Shown one piece after another: positions 12,051 through 25,456 of a stretch of DNA of 64,000 bases. The DNA lies in the NCBI RefSeq assembly GCF_006345805.1, contig NC_043001.1, forward strand, positions 77,810,001 to 77,874,000, written 5' to 3'. Both the position numbers and the translations under genes were made by a program. The number at the start of each line of letters is the position of its first letter. The stretch's first letter is position 1. Under the pieces are notes generated by a model, which saw only the letters and a list, made by a program, of their open reading frames with translations, ran no database searches and was not told the origin of the DNA. This stretch comes from Octopus sinensis (lineage: Eukaryota).

Positions 12051-13221
12051 TTCTGTCTGTCTGTCTGTCTGTCTGTCTGCCTTTCTGTCTGTCTAATGTC
12101 TGTCTGTCTAACTATCTATTATATATGTGTGTATTATATATTTGTGTCTTTGCACTTCTGTTTCACTTTCACATCGCTTGAAAAGCTGTGGAGGTTGTTT
12201 TTGTCACTTTAGGCAACCGGTTCGGCAAAAATGAGATCTGATAGAATAAGATCTGATTTTTAAAAATACTACACCGGTGTTGAGTTGTTCGAGAAAATCT
12301 ATCGAGACAGTGATCCAGCTTGGCCGTAGACCAATGATTGAAGCAAATAAATGATAATTCGTATAATTTTACCATTTTTTTATTCTTATGTCTGCTAGTG
12401 TTGTTCCTTATGCAATATATTCTAAATATGAAGGCATGTTTGTATAATGTATTTTTGTAATAATGAGCATCAGGATTGAAGGTCTCATCGTCAGAGGATA
12501 AGATGAATAAGGAGTAGTTCATTCAAAATATCTAAGGGTTACTTAGAATTGATTGGAAGCTGGTACAATTTCAGTATATATCAATATATATTTGAAGGTA
12601 TATTTACGAAATTAACACAGGGCCGTATCTGCTATGACGTTTAAGTCGAACTCATTCAATTGATTGTTAATCTTTTTCATACCGTTATTCTTACTTCACA
12701 AAGTAGTCCATCATCACGGTATAGACCGAATTCTACATAGCTGCACCTCTTCTGAAGTCTACGGTTAACAATTCCATTAATTAAAAATATCCAGTTATAT
12801 TTTACGAAAGCTTTTGTACATGATAGAAACACCTAGATTATTAATTATATAAAATAATTAACTTCCAGTAGCAATTTATCTGATTCTAGTAAAGTGTACG
12901 TCAGAGAGCATTATCCTGATGTACCCTGGCGAATGATTTTACTGATATTTTATCAAGAGCTTTCTCTAATTTAATTGATTCAATGACATGTGTAAAAAAG
13001 TTGATTATTCTCTTGAAGAGCCATGGATGCGTAGAGTTTGTATTCTAGCACAGCAGAAAAAATAACTAGTGGTATTTAGTCGTATATCTTTACTCTTCGA
13101 GTTCAAATGGTGATCGTTGTTGTTTCAGATTTCATTCTCTGTCAGTCAATGAAGCAACATCTATCAAGTAAATGCTTCGTTCAAATAGGACTATATCATT
13201 CTCTTAGAGCTTCTTTAAATG

Positions 13222-13253
<32 letters not shown>

Positions 13254-13254
13254 A

Positions 13255-13308
<54 letters not shown>

Positions 13309-13340
13309 TAATTAAATTAGAACGAATGGACACATTAGTA

Positions 13341-13478
13341 TAATTATACCTAAAATTACCAAGAGGTTAAGGAGATAGACAAAGAACATGCTGTTTCACT
13401 CCAGTAAGTTCTATGCTAGAGTGAGACAGCATATTCTTTGTCTATCTCTTAACCTCTTGGAGATTTTAGGTATAATTA
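13341..13478. repeat. Long hairpin, ~60-bp arms, 17-nt loop
   Basis: 13341-13401 vs 13419-13478 reverse-complementary with about 5 differences. Confidence 0.95.
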
Positions 13479-13493
13479 AATTCTATGTCTTTG

Positions 13494-13582
13494 TGCAGCT
13501 GAAGATTGCTCTGCATTTGAAATTGATATAATGATTGAATTATTCAATTAAAAATGCAGTTGCATGAAACGATCGTACTGCA
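13494..13582 (+). ncRNA. Type I hammerhead ribozyme motif (PLE-type), long stem II
   Basis: P1 TGCAG/CTGCA; core CTGAAGA 13499-13505; P2 TGC/GCA + CTGCATTT/AAATGCAG; GAAA 13566-13569; P3 palindrome ACGATCGT; GTA triplet 13575-13577. Confidence 0.8.
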
Positions 13583-15476
13583 TTACCTCTGGATATCCTT
13601 GTTGCGTATTTTGATTTTAATCACATTACTTTGAAATTGTATGGATAATACCGTACTAAATTCTGGTGCCTCATCTTAAGTACCATATTCATCTGAATCT
13701 AAATTTTTGCTATATACATATACATATATATATATATATAATATATATATATATATATAGATATATATATATATATATGTATGTATATATATATGTATGT
13801 GTGTGTGTGTGAGATAGATAATTATATATACGCACACACATGGACATAATTATATATATACACTTACGTGTTTGCATTGTCGTACTATTCTAATGCAAAA
13901 CGTTTACGCAGAAAGTATTTCTGAGACCGTAATCCGTTTCTACACGCGAAAAGATGTTGGAGCTCAATGCAATTTATGTGTTGTCAGACAAACATGTATC
14001 CGAGAAAGAATGTGGAACAAAATTAAAATTATATTTATAAGTGTGTGGGTCTCCTGCTTGAAAGAGATTAAAATATTTACTAAGTATGCTTCCAATCGTT
14101 TGAAAAGGTAATAATTTTTTAAAAAGAAATTTAAGTTAATTTACAAAATCTATTTAATTGTAGAGATTGCGTGATTTGTGGTGAGTTACAAAAGTCATTT
14201 CTGCCCATATACGTATGTTATACGTTGGTAAGCTTAGGATAAATAATTTATACATGCTCTAGGTCTATTTTACCCAATTAGGATTTTTATTAGATTATTT
14301 GAATCATATATTACATTTTGAAAGGTGCTTGTTTGGACCTTTTATAAGGAGAAAACAAATGCTTCGGACAGAGTGTTAATATATTGCATTAAAAATAAAC
14401 ATTCCAATAAAATGCACTTTGTTTCGTTCGAAGACAATTCAATGAGTAAATAAATAACTAGGAGTAGCCCCTTATGTACACATATACAGATACGCAGAGA
14501 GCAATATAAAAGAGTAGACTGATAGCGTGACATGGTTGAGACGACTAACAGGCTGGGTGAGATGAGATTTTGTGAAAGTAAGAGAAGTAGTGTTGATGGT
14601 ATAGATTATGATGGTGACGAGAATAAGAATTAACGCCATTAATTGTGGTTAGGGAATGACAGCAGTGTAGCGATTGAAAATGAAGAAAGAGATGATGATT
14701 TAGAGCATAGTGAAAGAAAGAAAGGAGAGGGTATAAAAACATTGGGATCTAGTTTGGGATGTATCATTTAGATTTTTATGTAATTGTAAAGTGGTTTATA
14801 TTAGCTGCATCAAATTATGTGTTGTTGAATACAGAACGTAAAGAAAGGGAAGAAATATTCCCTTTTAATACAGTCACAAGGCCTGAAATTTGGGGGAAGG
14901 CGGATGATCGACTACATCGACCCCAGGGCATAACTGATGGTAGGGGTTAGTAGTTGCTGAAATATTTGGGACTCGTTCCTTGATTCATAATTTATTTTGT
15001 TAATCCTGTGGAAATGACACCTAAAGAGTGACTTAGGCGAGATTGGAAACCGGAACGTCAAGGGTCGAAAATATACCGTAAATAATTTCTTCCGACACTG
15101 ATTCGTTGTCTCCAAACAACCAAAGCATCCGACTTTTGCCTACTGTAACACACACCACGCACACTCACACAGAAACACACAAACACATATACACGCAAAC
15201 ACAGTGAGAAACCCAAAGAAACACACACACACATATACGCACACAGAAACACAAACACATACGCATATACTTGCTTCAGTTATTGGATTGTGGCCATACT
15301 GGAACACCGCTTTGAAGGGTCGACAGCAGTAGATTTTTTTCTCTGAGCCTGGTACTTAATTTATCGAGGACGTAAACAAGACAACAACGGTTATCAAGCA
15401 GTAGTGCTGGACAAACAGAAAGACACACGTTGACAGTGATACACACAAATACATGCATACACACACATACTCACCC

Positions 15477-15518
<42 letters not shown>

Positions 15519-16519
15519 GATATATATATATTATATATATTATATATATATACATATATACACATAACATATATACATGTTGTATATAAAACGAATCATT
15601 GGTCGGCCCATGGATAGAGCAGAAAATAGTTGTCCAAGGTACGACACAGTAGAACTGAACACGGAATTATTTGGCTGGAAAGCAAACTTCTTTTCACGTA
15701 GCCACATTTGCGCCTAATATGAATATGTATTAAAAGAAATACACACATACACACAGTCGCCCGCACACGCATACATCCATATATATTATATATATATATA
15801 TACACGTATACTCATACGTTCCTAATTTCACAATGTATTTTCATGGTTCGCTTTACGAAAGCAGTCCATAAACTTGTCTCATAAAACTATAAAAGTTGAA
15901 GCGTAAATAATCTAATCAGCGGAACAATATAGAGTCAAATACACACGCGCACACATCCACCCACACACACACACCCACACACCCACTCATGTACATATAT
16001 GTATATATATATATATTCATTTATATATATATATATTTATATATATATGAATATGTATACATACGTATACGTATAAACATATATATATGTATGTATGTGA
16101 ACATATATACATACATATATATATGCATGGACGTCACCTAATTTGTTTTCTTATGTCCCATTGTTTACATTATTTACGCACGAAGTTATATATTTTTAGA
16201 TAGATTGTTGCTGTTGTTCTTATTGTCCTCGTTGCTCTGTGAATAGAAGAGATAAAGCCTTGCCTGTGGGTGTGTCTGTCTTGTTATATTTTATAGTTTA
16301 TCTAATTTCACTCGATATGTACCTTCATGTGAATCATCTATAAATATAGCTACTACTTAGTAGCATGCGTGCTTTTAGCAAACTTATCTTCCTACCTGCC
16401 TACTTACCTTCCTAACAAACTACATCTTACTTACCAACATATATACCTATATACGCACGTAGAAACCTACTTATTTCCACACACACTCAACACCTGACAT
16501 CGTACTTGTGTATATGTAC

Positions 16520-16578
<59 letters not shown>

Positions 16579-16587
16579 ATCTATCTA

Positions 16588-16618
<31 letters not shown>

Positions 16619-16731
16619 GGCTGTCTGTCTCTGTTTGCCTGTTGTCTGTTTAGTTATCGCCTTGTTTATAATATATAATATATATAGTAATATAATATAT
16701 ATATATATATATATATAATAACTTAGATATG

Positions 16732-17700
16732 TTTCAGCCGAAAGATTGGCTCAGGCCGTGTCTTAACTAATAACGCCACCTGATAGGTTCTGTTAAGTCA
16801 TATTAAAGTCACATTTTGTGTTAGCATGGCCCATTCAAATAGGGAGTAGTTGCTGACTGAAATGTATCCAAGACAAGTGGTTTATCTGGTATCCTTTGAA
16901 GAAATTTGTACAGGTTTCGTCGAAGGTGAAGGGAACATTTTGTTTGATTTGTTTTGGGATAATCTCAAACGGAGCAGAGCCTTTGAAAAAATGGGATTAT
17001 GTTGAAATGACATTGGGTAGGCACGTGTGACACGTGGTCTCAGCCATCGATCAATTATGAATCTAACGTTAAGGTTGTGTGGGCAATGCTGGAGGTATAT
17101 TCTTTACATTGTGCAAATCATGTAGCGCTGATGGCGACGTTGGAGTTAATAAAGATTCAATGTTTTAAGGTGGTCCCAATAATCAAGAGAAAGTTATGCC
17201 CTTAAATTTTATAGTCAATGCTCTCCGGCTGTGGGGAGACCACAGGGAGCTGCTGCAGTATTCTAAGTGTGAACGTACACAGAATAAGAAGAGGGGAATG
17301 TTGATATCTTGCTGTCTATAGCAGAAAGATATGAGGTTCCGGGAGCTCATCACGCGAGTCATATCCACTTTGTTGTTGATGTGGGTACTCCAGCTGAGAT
17401 TGTTGTAAATAGTTAACAGCTAAGTCTCTGATATTATTGGATGCTGTGAGTAGTTCCCTTGTAGGAAGTAAATATAGATATTTGAGAGCCGTTTTTATTC
17501 CAAAATGCAACAATTCAAATTTTACCTCCTTTAACCACGTTTTGTTTTTATCCGCCTATTGGCTTATAACATGTAGATCGGACTGTTGTTCGGTCATCTT
17601 CTCCATTGGTAATTTCCTTGACCTTACAATCATATCGAATATATTTATGTTGCTGTGGTTGATGACGTTTAGGATATCGTTTATATAGACTAAAAAGAGA
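16732..17700 (-). mobile_element. CR1/L2-group LINE relic with 3' end
   Basis: KFELLHFG, VRSHLEYCSS.LWSP, FLQRIPDKP; minus-strand end ..ACACGGCC..GGCTGAAAC resembles the tail at ~39217-39253. Confidence 0.65.
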
Positions 17701-17797
17701 AACAGGCCCAAAACAGTCACCTGAAGGACCCACTGGTGAATTTTGCTGGACTTTAGTGGATACCAGTCACAACATGTTGTGATCTAGTAAAGATTGT

Positions 17798-17993
17798 TTG
17801 CCAACATAACATGGCAGTCCTGGTTTAGGACGAATGTTGCTGTAATTTATCCCCAGGAAACGATCTGTGTCCTTACATTTTCGAAAATGTAAGGACACAG
17901 ATCGTGTCGTATAGCCAGCTGAAGACGATGTTTCTTGGGGATAAATTACAGCAACATTCGTCCTAAACCAGGACTGCCATGTTATGCTGGCAA
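17798..17993. mobile_element. Palindromic (foldback) MITE-like element with a 26-bp deletion in the left arm
   Basis: 64-bp arms (17798-17861 / 17930-17993, 2 mismatches) around a perfect 46-bp palindrome 17860-17905. Confidence 0.8.
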
Positions 17994-18129
17994 GTACTGT
18001 TGCTGAATATCTCACGCTGTGAGATTGAAAAATAGTAATTTTCTAATGTGTTCTGTTCACCAGGAAATACTTTATCTAGTGTGGCAATTTTCCACGGCTT
18101 CCAATATTTGACAATTTTGACAAGAGAAT

Positions 18130-18265
18130 AATATGGTTGACTTCGTTGAATACAGTATAGGGATAATGATCCTTCCCGCGTCATACGGACTCACAAGATT
18201 ACTCATTTTTGTCACCTGAGTGGACTGGAACAACGTGAAATAATGAGTTTTGCTCAAGAACACAA
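18130..18265 (-). mobile_element. SINE family D fragment
   Basis: GAGTGGACTGGAACAACGTGAAATAA..TTTGCTCAAGAACACA shared with 53550-53600 and 41800-41840. Confidence 0.6.
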
Positions 18266-18539
18266 TTTTGCCTATACGGTTTTAGCTGACGGCCACTAAC
18301 ATTAATATCTCTCACGAGTATTAATTTTCTTATATATATATATATCTTTTAAAATCATTTATGGTAACATTAGGTGTATGCCAATAAAGCTCATATTTCA
18401 TTATGCCAGCTACAGTCTAATGATTACTGACTAGTGGGTTAGTTTTTCCGTGTTTTGAAGAAAAGACTAGTATTAATTTGAAGGGGAAATGTGGGGTGAA
18501 AGCCATAAAATACAAATGCTTCCTACAGCTAGAGGCATG

Positions 18540-19110
18540 AGGACCATACATGGGATCGTTCTTGTTAACGAGAGGGAAACAACATGTATTCTGCTCCAGA
18601 GCACGCTATGCAACCGGATCTAGTAAATAACCTGTTCCCCTCAGAAGTGTGCTGAAAGTTCCAGCGAGAGAATGGTGGGGGTAAATTCCCCTTGGTGTGG
18701 ATCCCTATTGTCATAAAGAGTTAGAAGTTCTAGGTTCTAGTTTCCCTTTAAGCTTAGTATCGGAGATACAGGAAATTTTCTTGGTGAAACCACAATTGCG
18801 GAGGACTTGGTTACGATTAGGATTATCCTTATTGTAACCAGGTCTTCATTGACGGATAGGTTAGAAATCCTGTTGAGAATACCTTCAATTATGCTATTTA
18901 AGACAAATCTAGGATGGTTAGAATGGACATTGCTGAATTTTAAGACACGTTGTGTTTATCGTAAGAGTAGAAGTGGCTAGATGCTAAATCGAGAGTAACA
19001 TCTGAGAAGCTGGCAGTATTAGCTCTATTTTGAAAGGAGATAGGCCAGATATTTTTTTGCAGAACTTGTGGAGGGCTTCCTGATACGCCTTGATGTTATA
19101 GCTGTTACGC
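18540..19110 (-). mobile_element. Penelope-like element RT C-terminal relic
   Basis: Frameshifted LDLASSHFY.Y, KFSNVHSNHPRFVLNSIIEGILNRISNLSVNEDL. Confidence 0.6.
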
Positions 19111-19170
19111 ACCATCTCATATAAACATATGAATACATGCGAATGTACTACATACATACATATATATATA

Positions 19171-19245
<75 letters not shown>

Positions 19246-19380
19246 CAATTATATATATATACAATATATTGTATATATACATATATATAAACATATGTAT
19301 ATTATATATATATATGTATGCATAATATATACATACATACATATATATATATATATTATATCACATATATATATATATAT

Positions 19381-19673
19381 CACCGTCACCGTGACCGACC
19401 AGGCTATCAGATGTTGCTACACATCGCTGGTCACAATGCGCATCGCATTGTTTTAGCCTTGAAATGACGCCACCCCGCTGGCTAAGCGAGCAGGCCAACA
19501 GAAGAATGAGTGAGAGAAAGTTGTGACGAAAGAGTACAGCAGGGATCGCCCCCCCCCTGCCGGACACTCGTGGAGCTTTAGGTGTTTTCGCTCAATGAAC
19601 ACTCACAATGCCCGGTCTGGGAATCGAAACCGCGATCCTACGATCGCGAGTCCGCTGCCCTAACCACTGGGCC
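19381..19673 (-). mobile_element. tRNA-headed SINE, family C variant
   Basis: Minus strand GGCCCAGTGGTTAGGGCAGCGGACTCGCG..GGTTTCGATTCCC (A and B boxes). Confidence 0.85.
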
Positions 19674-20340
19674 TTACATATATGTATGTATTTATTCATA
19701 TTTCGTTTACTATAAAGCATGATTTACCAGTGATACAATTCACACCACACGCAAACACGCACACAAAGAAACAAACATGTTCACACTCACACATACACGC
19801 ACATACACGCATACACACATATATGAGTATAAAAATAAACACATTCAAAACAAGCCAAAATATAGAAAAACCCAACCCATTTCCTCGCATCCCTTCCGTT
19901 GCAGATTAAATAACAACAATACAAACGAGAGGGAAATATATACAGCATCTGACGTTGGCATTCTCCACGCCAAGAAATGACGTCTCTGGACTCCAGCCTT
20001 GTCAACTGTCTTTGTCTTATTAAGTTACACAAACGTGATTGATGGTACATCTCCGATTGATGAACTTCAGCCATAAATAATCGCCTCCTCTTCTCATTCC
20101 TCTCACTTATAAGATTTTCAAATAAGTAAAAAAAAAAAAAAATAGAGAGAAAGGAAGGAAGAACGAACAAAAATAAAACCAAAAGCAGGAACAATAGAAA
20201 AATCCCCAAAATACACTTCAAAAAATCTTTGCGTTTTTTCGTTATTTTTAATTGTTAAGTATATATATGCGCGCGCGTGTATACAGTCTATGTGTGTATA
20301 TTTATCTATCTACAATATACATATGTATATATATATAGAC

Positions 20341-20376
<36 letters not shown>

Positions 20377-20491
20377 GTCTCTGTGTGTGTATATTTTCTA
20401 TCTATAATATATATGTATGTATGTATATATGTATGTATGTATGTATATATATTCACATTTTATCTTCATCTCTGTTTCATCTACAAATACA

Positions 20492-20529
<38 letters not shown>

Positions 20530-20970
20530 AAGAACAAGAACTACTACTCCTCTCCCTTTTTTCTTCGTATCCTCCTCTTCGTCTTCTTCGTCCTTTTTCT
20601 TCTTCTACTTCTATCTACTTTTTCTTTCTTTTCTATTTCTATTCATCCTCTCCACCATCACCACCACTAACAAGCCAACCACTACCACGACGACGACAAC
20701 TACGACGACAACCAGCACCAGCACCAGCACCAGCACCAGCACCACAACCACCACCACCATCTTCATTGCAAAGCATTGTTAGAAGATCGAACTTTCTGAC
20801 TTTGCAACAGATTACTGAGACATGCTGCCTTCAAATTAACCATTCATAGTTTCCTCGCCCATTTGCCTTATTTAATCAACATTACAATCTCTTTCCCAGA
20901 CTAAATAAAGACACCTATCTATCTATCTATCTATTATATCTATCTATATCTATCTATCTATCTACTATCT

Positions 20971-21027
<57 letters not shown>

Positions 21028-21039
21028 ATAAACTATCTA

Positions 21040-21099
<60 letters not shown>

Positions 21100-21177
21100 T
21101 TATCAGTCTCTCTATCTCTTTATATTCACCCCACATACACACACATTCACACAAATATATATTATATTATTTTTTAG

Positions 21178-21211
<34 letters not shown>

Positions 21212-21313
21212 GTGTGTGTATGTATAATGTACGTATACTTGCCTCTGTTTATGAAGGTATATATGTAAGGATGCTTGCTTCTCTGTATGTATATATATAT
21301 AATATATTATATA

Positions 21314-21345
<32 letters not shown>

Positions 21346-22106
21346 ACAAGAGAGAGAGAGAGAGAGAAGGACAGATGGGGAGGGGATGGTGTGGGAGAGA
21401 TAGGTTGGGAGGGAAGAGAAGAGATGTACTAATCAATCTCTATGTCTCTCTTTGTGACTATGAACACAGTTGAAATAAGAAACGTATGATCTCATATCTC
21501 TCACTTCACTGACGAATGAACGCCTACCCTTCCCATTTAATTGATAGATACGCCAACAACGCCACACCATCTCCCCTAGCAACGCCTCTACCACCACCAC
21601 CACTAACACCACCACCGGGGTCGTTGCTGCCACCGCCACCAGCATTGTAATTAGAGGACACTGATATGTTGATCTTAGTATTATTGCAATTCAAGTTGAG
21701 AGGTTTGTTACTTTCTGAGCTAGCATAGTATATGTGAACATGTCTATATGTCAAATAGAGAGGGGGCGAGATATGTGAGAGAGAAGGAGAGAGATATGTG
21801 AGAGAGAGGGAGAGAGGGCAAGTAAGGGAGGAGGAGAGGGCAAGAGAGCTTAAAAGTGTGTGATAGTAAGTGTGCAAATATATGTTATTTTGTGCGTGTG
21901 TGTGTGTTTGTTTATGTGAGTATGTATGTGTGTAGTTACCTATGTAGTAAAGACAGTGATATATCGAAGCGACTTTATACGACGCACATCTATATGTTCA
22001 TACTTAGATTCCAACGAACAAAAACGACACCTCTACACTTATATGTGTACAGATCTGCACAAGCTTATAAAAATAAAAACAGCCTTACATACATAACTAT
22101 ATGCAT

Positions 22107-22139
<33 letters not shown>

Positions 22140-22549
22140 ATATATGTATGTATACATATATACATACATAATGATATGCATACATACATATATACATACA
22201 TATATACATATATACATACATAGTTACCTACATACATACATATATACATATATACATACATGCATACATAAACAAAAATACATACAATTATAGATGCACA
22301 ATAACACTTCATTAAGTGTAAAATGAGAATATGTACACATATACATACTTACGTGCATACATAAATACATTATATGTATACACGCCTATGTACATAGATA
22401 CATGCGTATTTTCGTTTACGTAAGGATGTATCTATTTATGCATGTGTTCGAATAATTTGTGTATTTTTCTTGTATAAATGTGTTTATCTGCATTATTCAT
22501 ATACCTCTATAAACATACATACATACATACAGTCATATACATATATATA

Positions 22550-22662
<113 letters not shown>

Positions 22663-23953
22663 GAGAGAGAGAGAGAGTGAGAGAGAGAGAGAGAGAAAGA
22701 GAGACATACGCATATGCATGTATGTATTTGTATATATATTTGCATGATTATATTTGGAGGTATACATGTATGCTAATTTGTTTAAACGTGGCGTTTATAT
22801 GTTGTCTGCACATTTAAACCATGTTTTTACACACACACACATACACACGCACGCACGAAAACACACGCGTACACACTCACACGTTTGTGTATATGTTTGT
22901 GTTTGTATGCATGTGCGCGAAAACATATATGTATATAATTATATAGACGCATGTAGTTTATGTGCTTATATATGTGTGTCCGTGCCTGTGCGTGAGTGTC
23001 TACACGCACACACACTGACACACACATATATATATATACACATATGTATATGCATATATAAATGTATACACTCATACTTCCACACAGACACGCACGCACC
23101 CATACAAAATCTCTTAACAAAACAAAATACAATATAATTCGATTATTCAACATGGCGTATATAAGCGCCGTCGATTTCAACGCCTTCGTTCACCAATTAA
23201 TCCTCACTGGTGTGTCAATTGACAGTAAATGAAAGAGAGAACGAATCCATTATTTCACACCTGATTCCGCGATCAGATGCTTTTGCCTCTTCATGATCAA
23301 AGAGACCGCTTTATGTAATATACATAGGCAATAGATAGATTGATGTACTTCGTTAGGGATAGTTAGCTATGCTGCACTGGTGATGTGATTGATGCAAGAT
23401 GATGTTCGCTGGCGCGTTTGGCTTCTCTATGTCGGTCGCATGTGTGTTTCACTGTGTGAGTGCAGTGTGTGTGTAATTTTGTGTCGAGGTCTATGATTTC
23501 CGCTCAGTGTGTGTATGTGTGTGTGTGTATGTGTGTGTGTTCGTGTGTGTGTATGTATATGTGCTTGTGTGTGTGTGTGTGCGCGTGAGTTTGGCTCTGC
23601 GGTATGTTCGTGAATACAAGCGTAGTGTTAGAGACGTTGGTACTAAAGCGTATGGTGACTGTGTGTATCTTTAAATTAGTATGTATATGTGTCAGCGTTT
23701 GAATTTTCTTACTTTCTCTATCTTCGCACGTTACACACAGACACACACACATACATTTCTTTATATGTATATACATTCATATATATATATATATATATAT
23801 ACATGTGTATATACATAAATACATATTATATATATGTATATATGTGATATTACACGTGTATATATGTGTGTGTATGTGTATATACATGTACTTGTATATA
23901 GATACATATACATATTTACATGTATATATATATATATCTATATATATATATAT

Positions 23954-24006
<53 letters not shown>

Positions 24007-24390
24007 ACATACATATATATGTGTGTGTGAGGGAATTTCTGTGTATACATGTACCTGTATATACACATATACATTCTATATGTAATATATATATGTATGA
24101 CTGTATATGTGTATATATGTATGTATGAATGCATATATGTATATATGTATGCATGTATGTATATTTACTATTACTATCTAAATGCTCGAATATAAAATAT
24201 AACGTACCTTGCCTTATTCACACGAATGTGTAAATATGAAAGCAAATAATATATGTTCCCGAGTTTATATACCTTCAGAGATAGTTTGCGTGAATGTATA
24301 TCTTTCATTATTTAGACACTTTTGCAGACTGTAAACACATTTAACTACTTACACACACTCGCAGAGAGAGAGAGAGAGAGAGGAGAGAGG

Positions 24391-24430
<40 letters not shown>

Positions 24431-24471
24431 ATAGAGAGAAGAGGGAGAGAGAGAGAGATAGAGAGAGAGAG

Positions 24472-24503
<32 letters not shown>

Positions 24504-24766
24504 TAATGTTTCATTGACAAATCTCTGTTGCAACAAATCTGTTTCTTTTCACGACTCGCCTAAATTTCGTGTTAACAAAAAAAAAAAAAAAAGAAGAACA
24601 GCCGGGAGTTATTTTAACTTAGCATTTCAAATCATCCTTTAAAAATCCCCTTGTGCATTACACTTTCAAATACTAATAATTACATTATTCTCGCTTGAAA
24701 TGTTATGCAAATTCAGCAGTTCTATATACTATAACTAGCTACAAGCGTCTCATCTCTCTGTGGACA

Positions 24767-24885
24767 GAAAACATGTTAGACGTTTATGTTGCGATATTAA
24801 TAAACGTGTGAAAGTAAACGGATCGAAAACATGTTAGACGTTTATGTTGCGATATTAATAAACGTGTGAAAGTAAACGGATCGAA
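24767..24885. repeat. Perfect 58-bp tandem duplication
   Basis: GAAAACATGTTAGACGTTTATG..GTAAACGGATC at 24767-24824 and 24825-24882. Confidence 0.95.
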
Positions 24886-25172
24886 GTACAACTGTGCCGT
24901 CCCATGTTTCAAAATTATTTACTTTTACAAAAAAAGCTGATTTCTGTCCTGTTTACTATAACGAGCAGATGTCAGATTTGCGTAAGGGAACGTTGTGCAC
25001 AGCACATATCTTTCATTCATCTGTTTTCTTTTTTTAGTTGTTTCGGTTATTAGACCGCAGCAATCCTGGGGCAGCGTCTGGAGGAATTTTGGTCGAATTA
25101 ATCGATCCCAGGACTTATTTTCTTTGTTTTAATCCTGGCACATGTAGATGTAATTATATATTTATATATCTA

Positions 25173-25224
<52 letters not shown>

Positions 25225-25277
25225 ATTATCTATCTATCTATCTATACATGCATACATACATATATACGCACACACAC

Positions 25278-25331
<54 letters not shown>

Positions 25332-25456
25332 TATATATATATATATATATAAACAACACACATATACATACATACATGCATACATACAAACGGTTATAAA
25401 TGTGCACATGCATGTATTCATATTTTTATCTATGTATGATAGTTGACTACAACGTA

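Noticed and set aside
12455-12500. Minus-strand CTGACGA-TGAG..CTCA stem
   Set aside because: The stem is followed by TTAT, not GAAA.
19907-20120. Good acceptor (CCCTTCCGTTGCAG) followed by a signal-peptide-like frame RLWTPALSTVFVLLSYTNVIDG
   Set aside because: That frame has a stop immediately upstream and no in-frame ATG; at most an untranslated exon, unsupported without RNA data.
24767-24885. Short repeat with internal palindrome as a CRISPR array
   Set aside because: Two adjacent units with no spacer, eukaryotic context, no cas genes.
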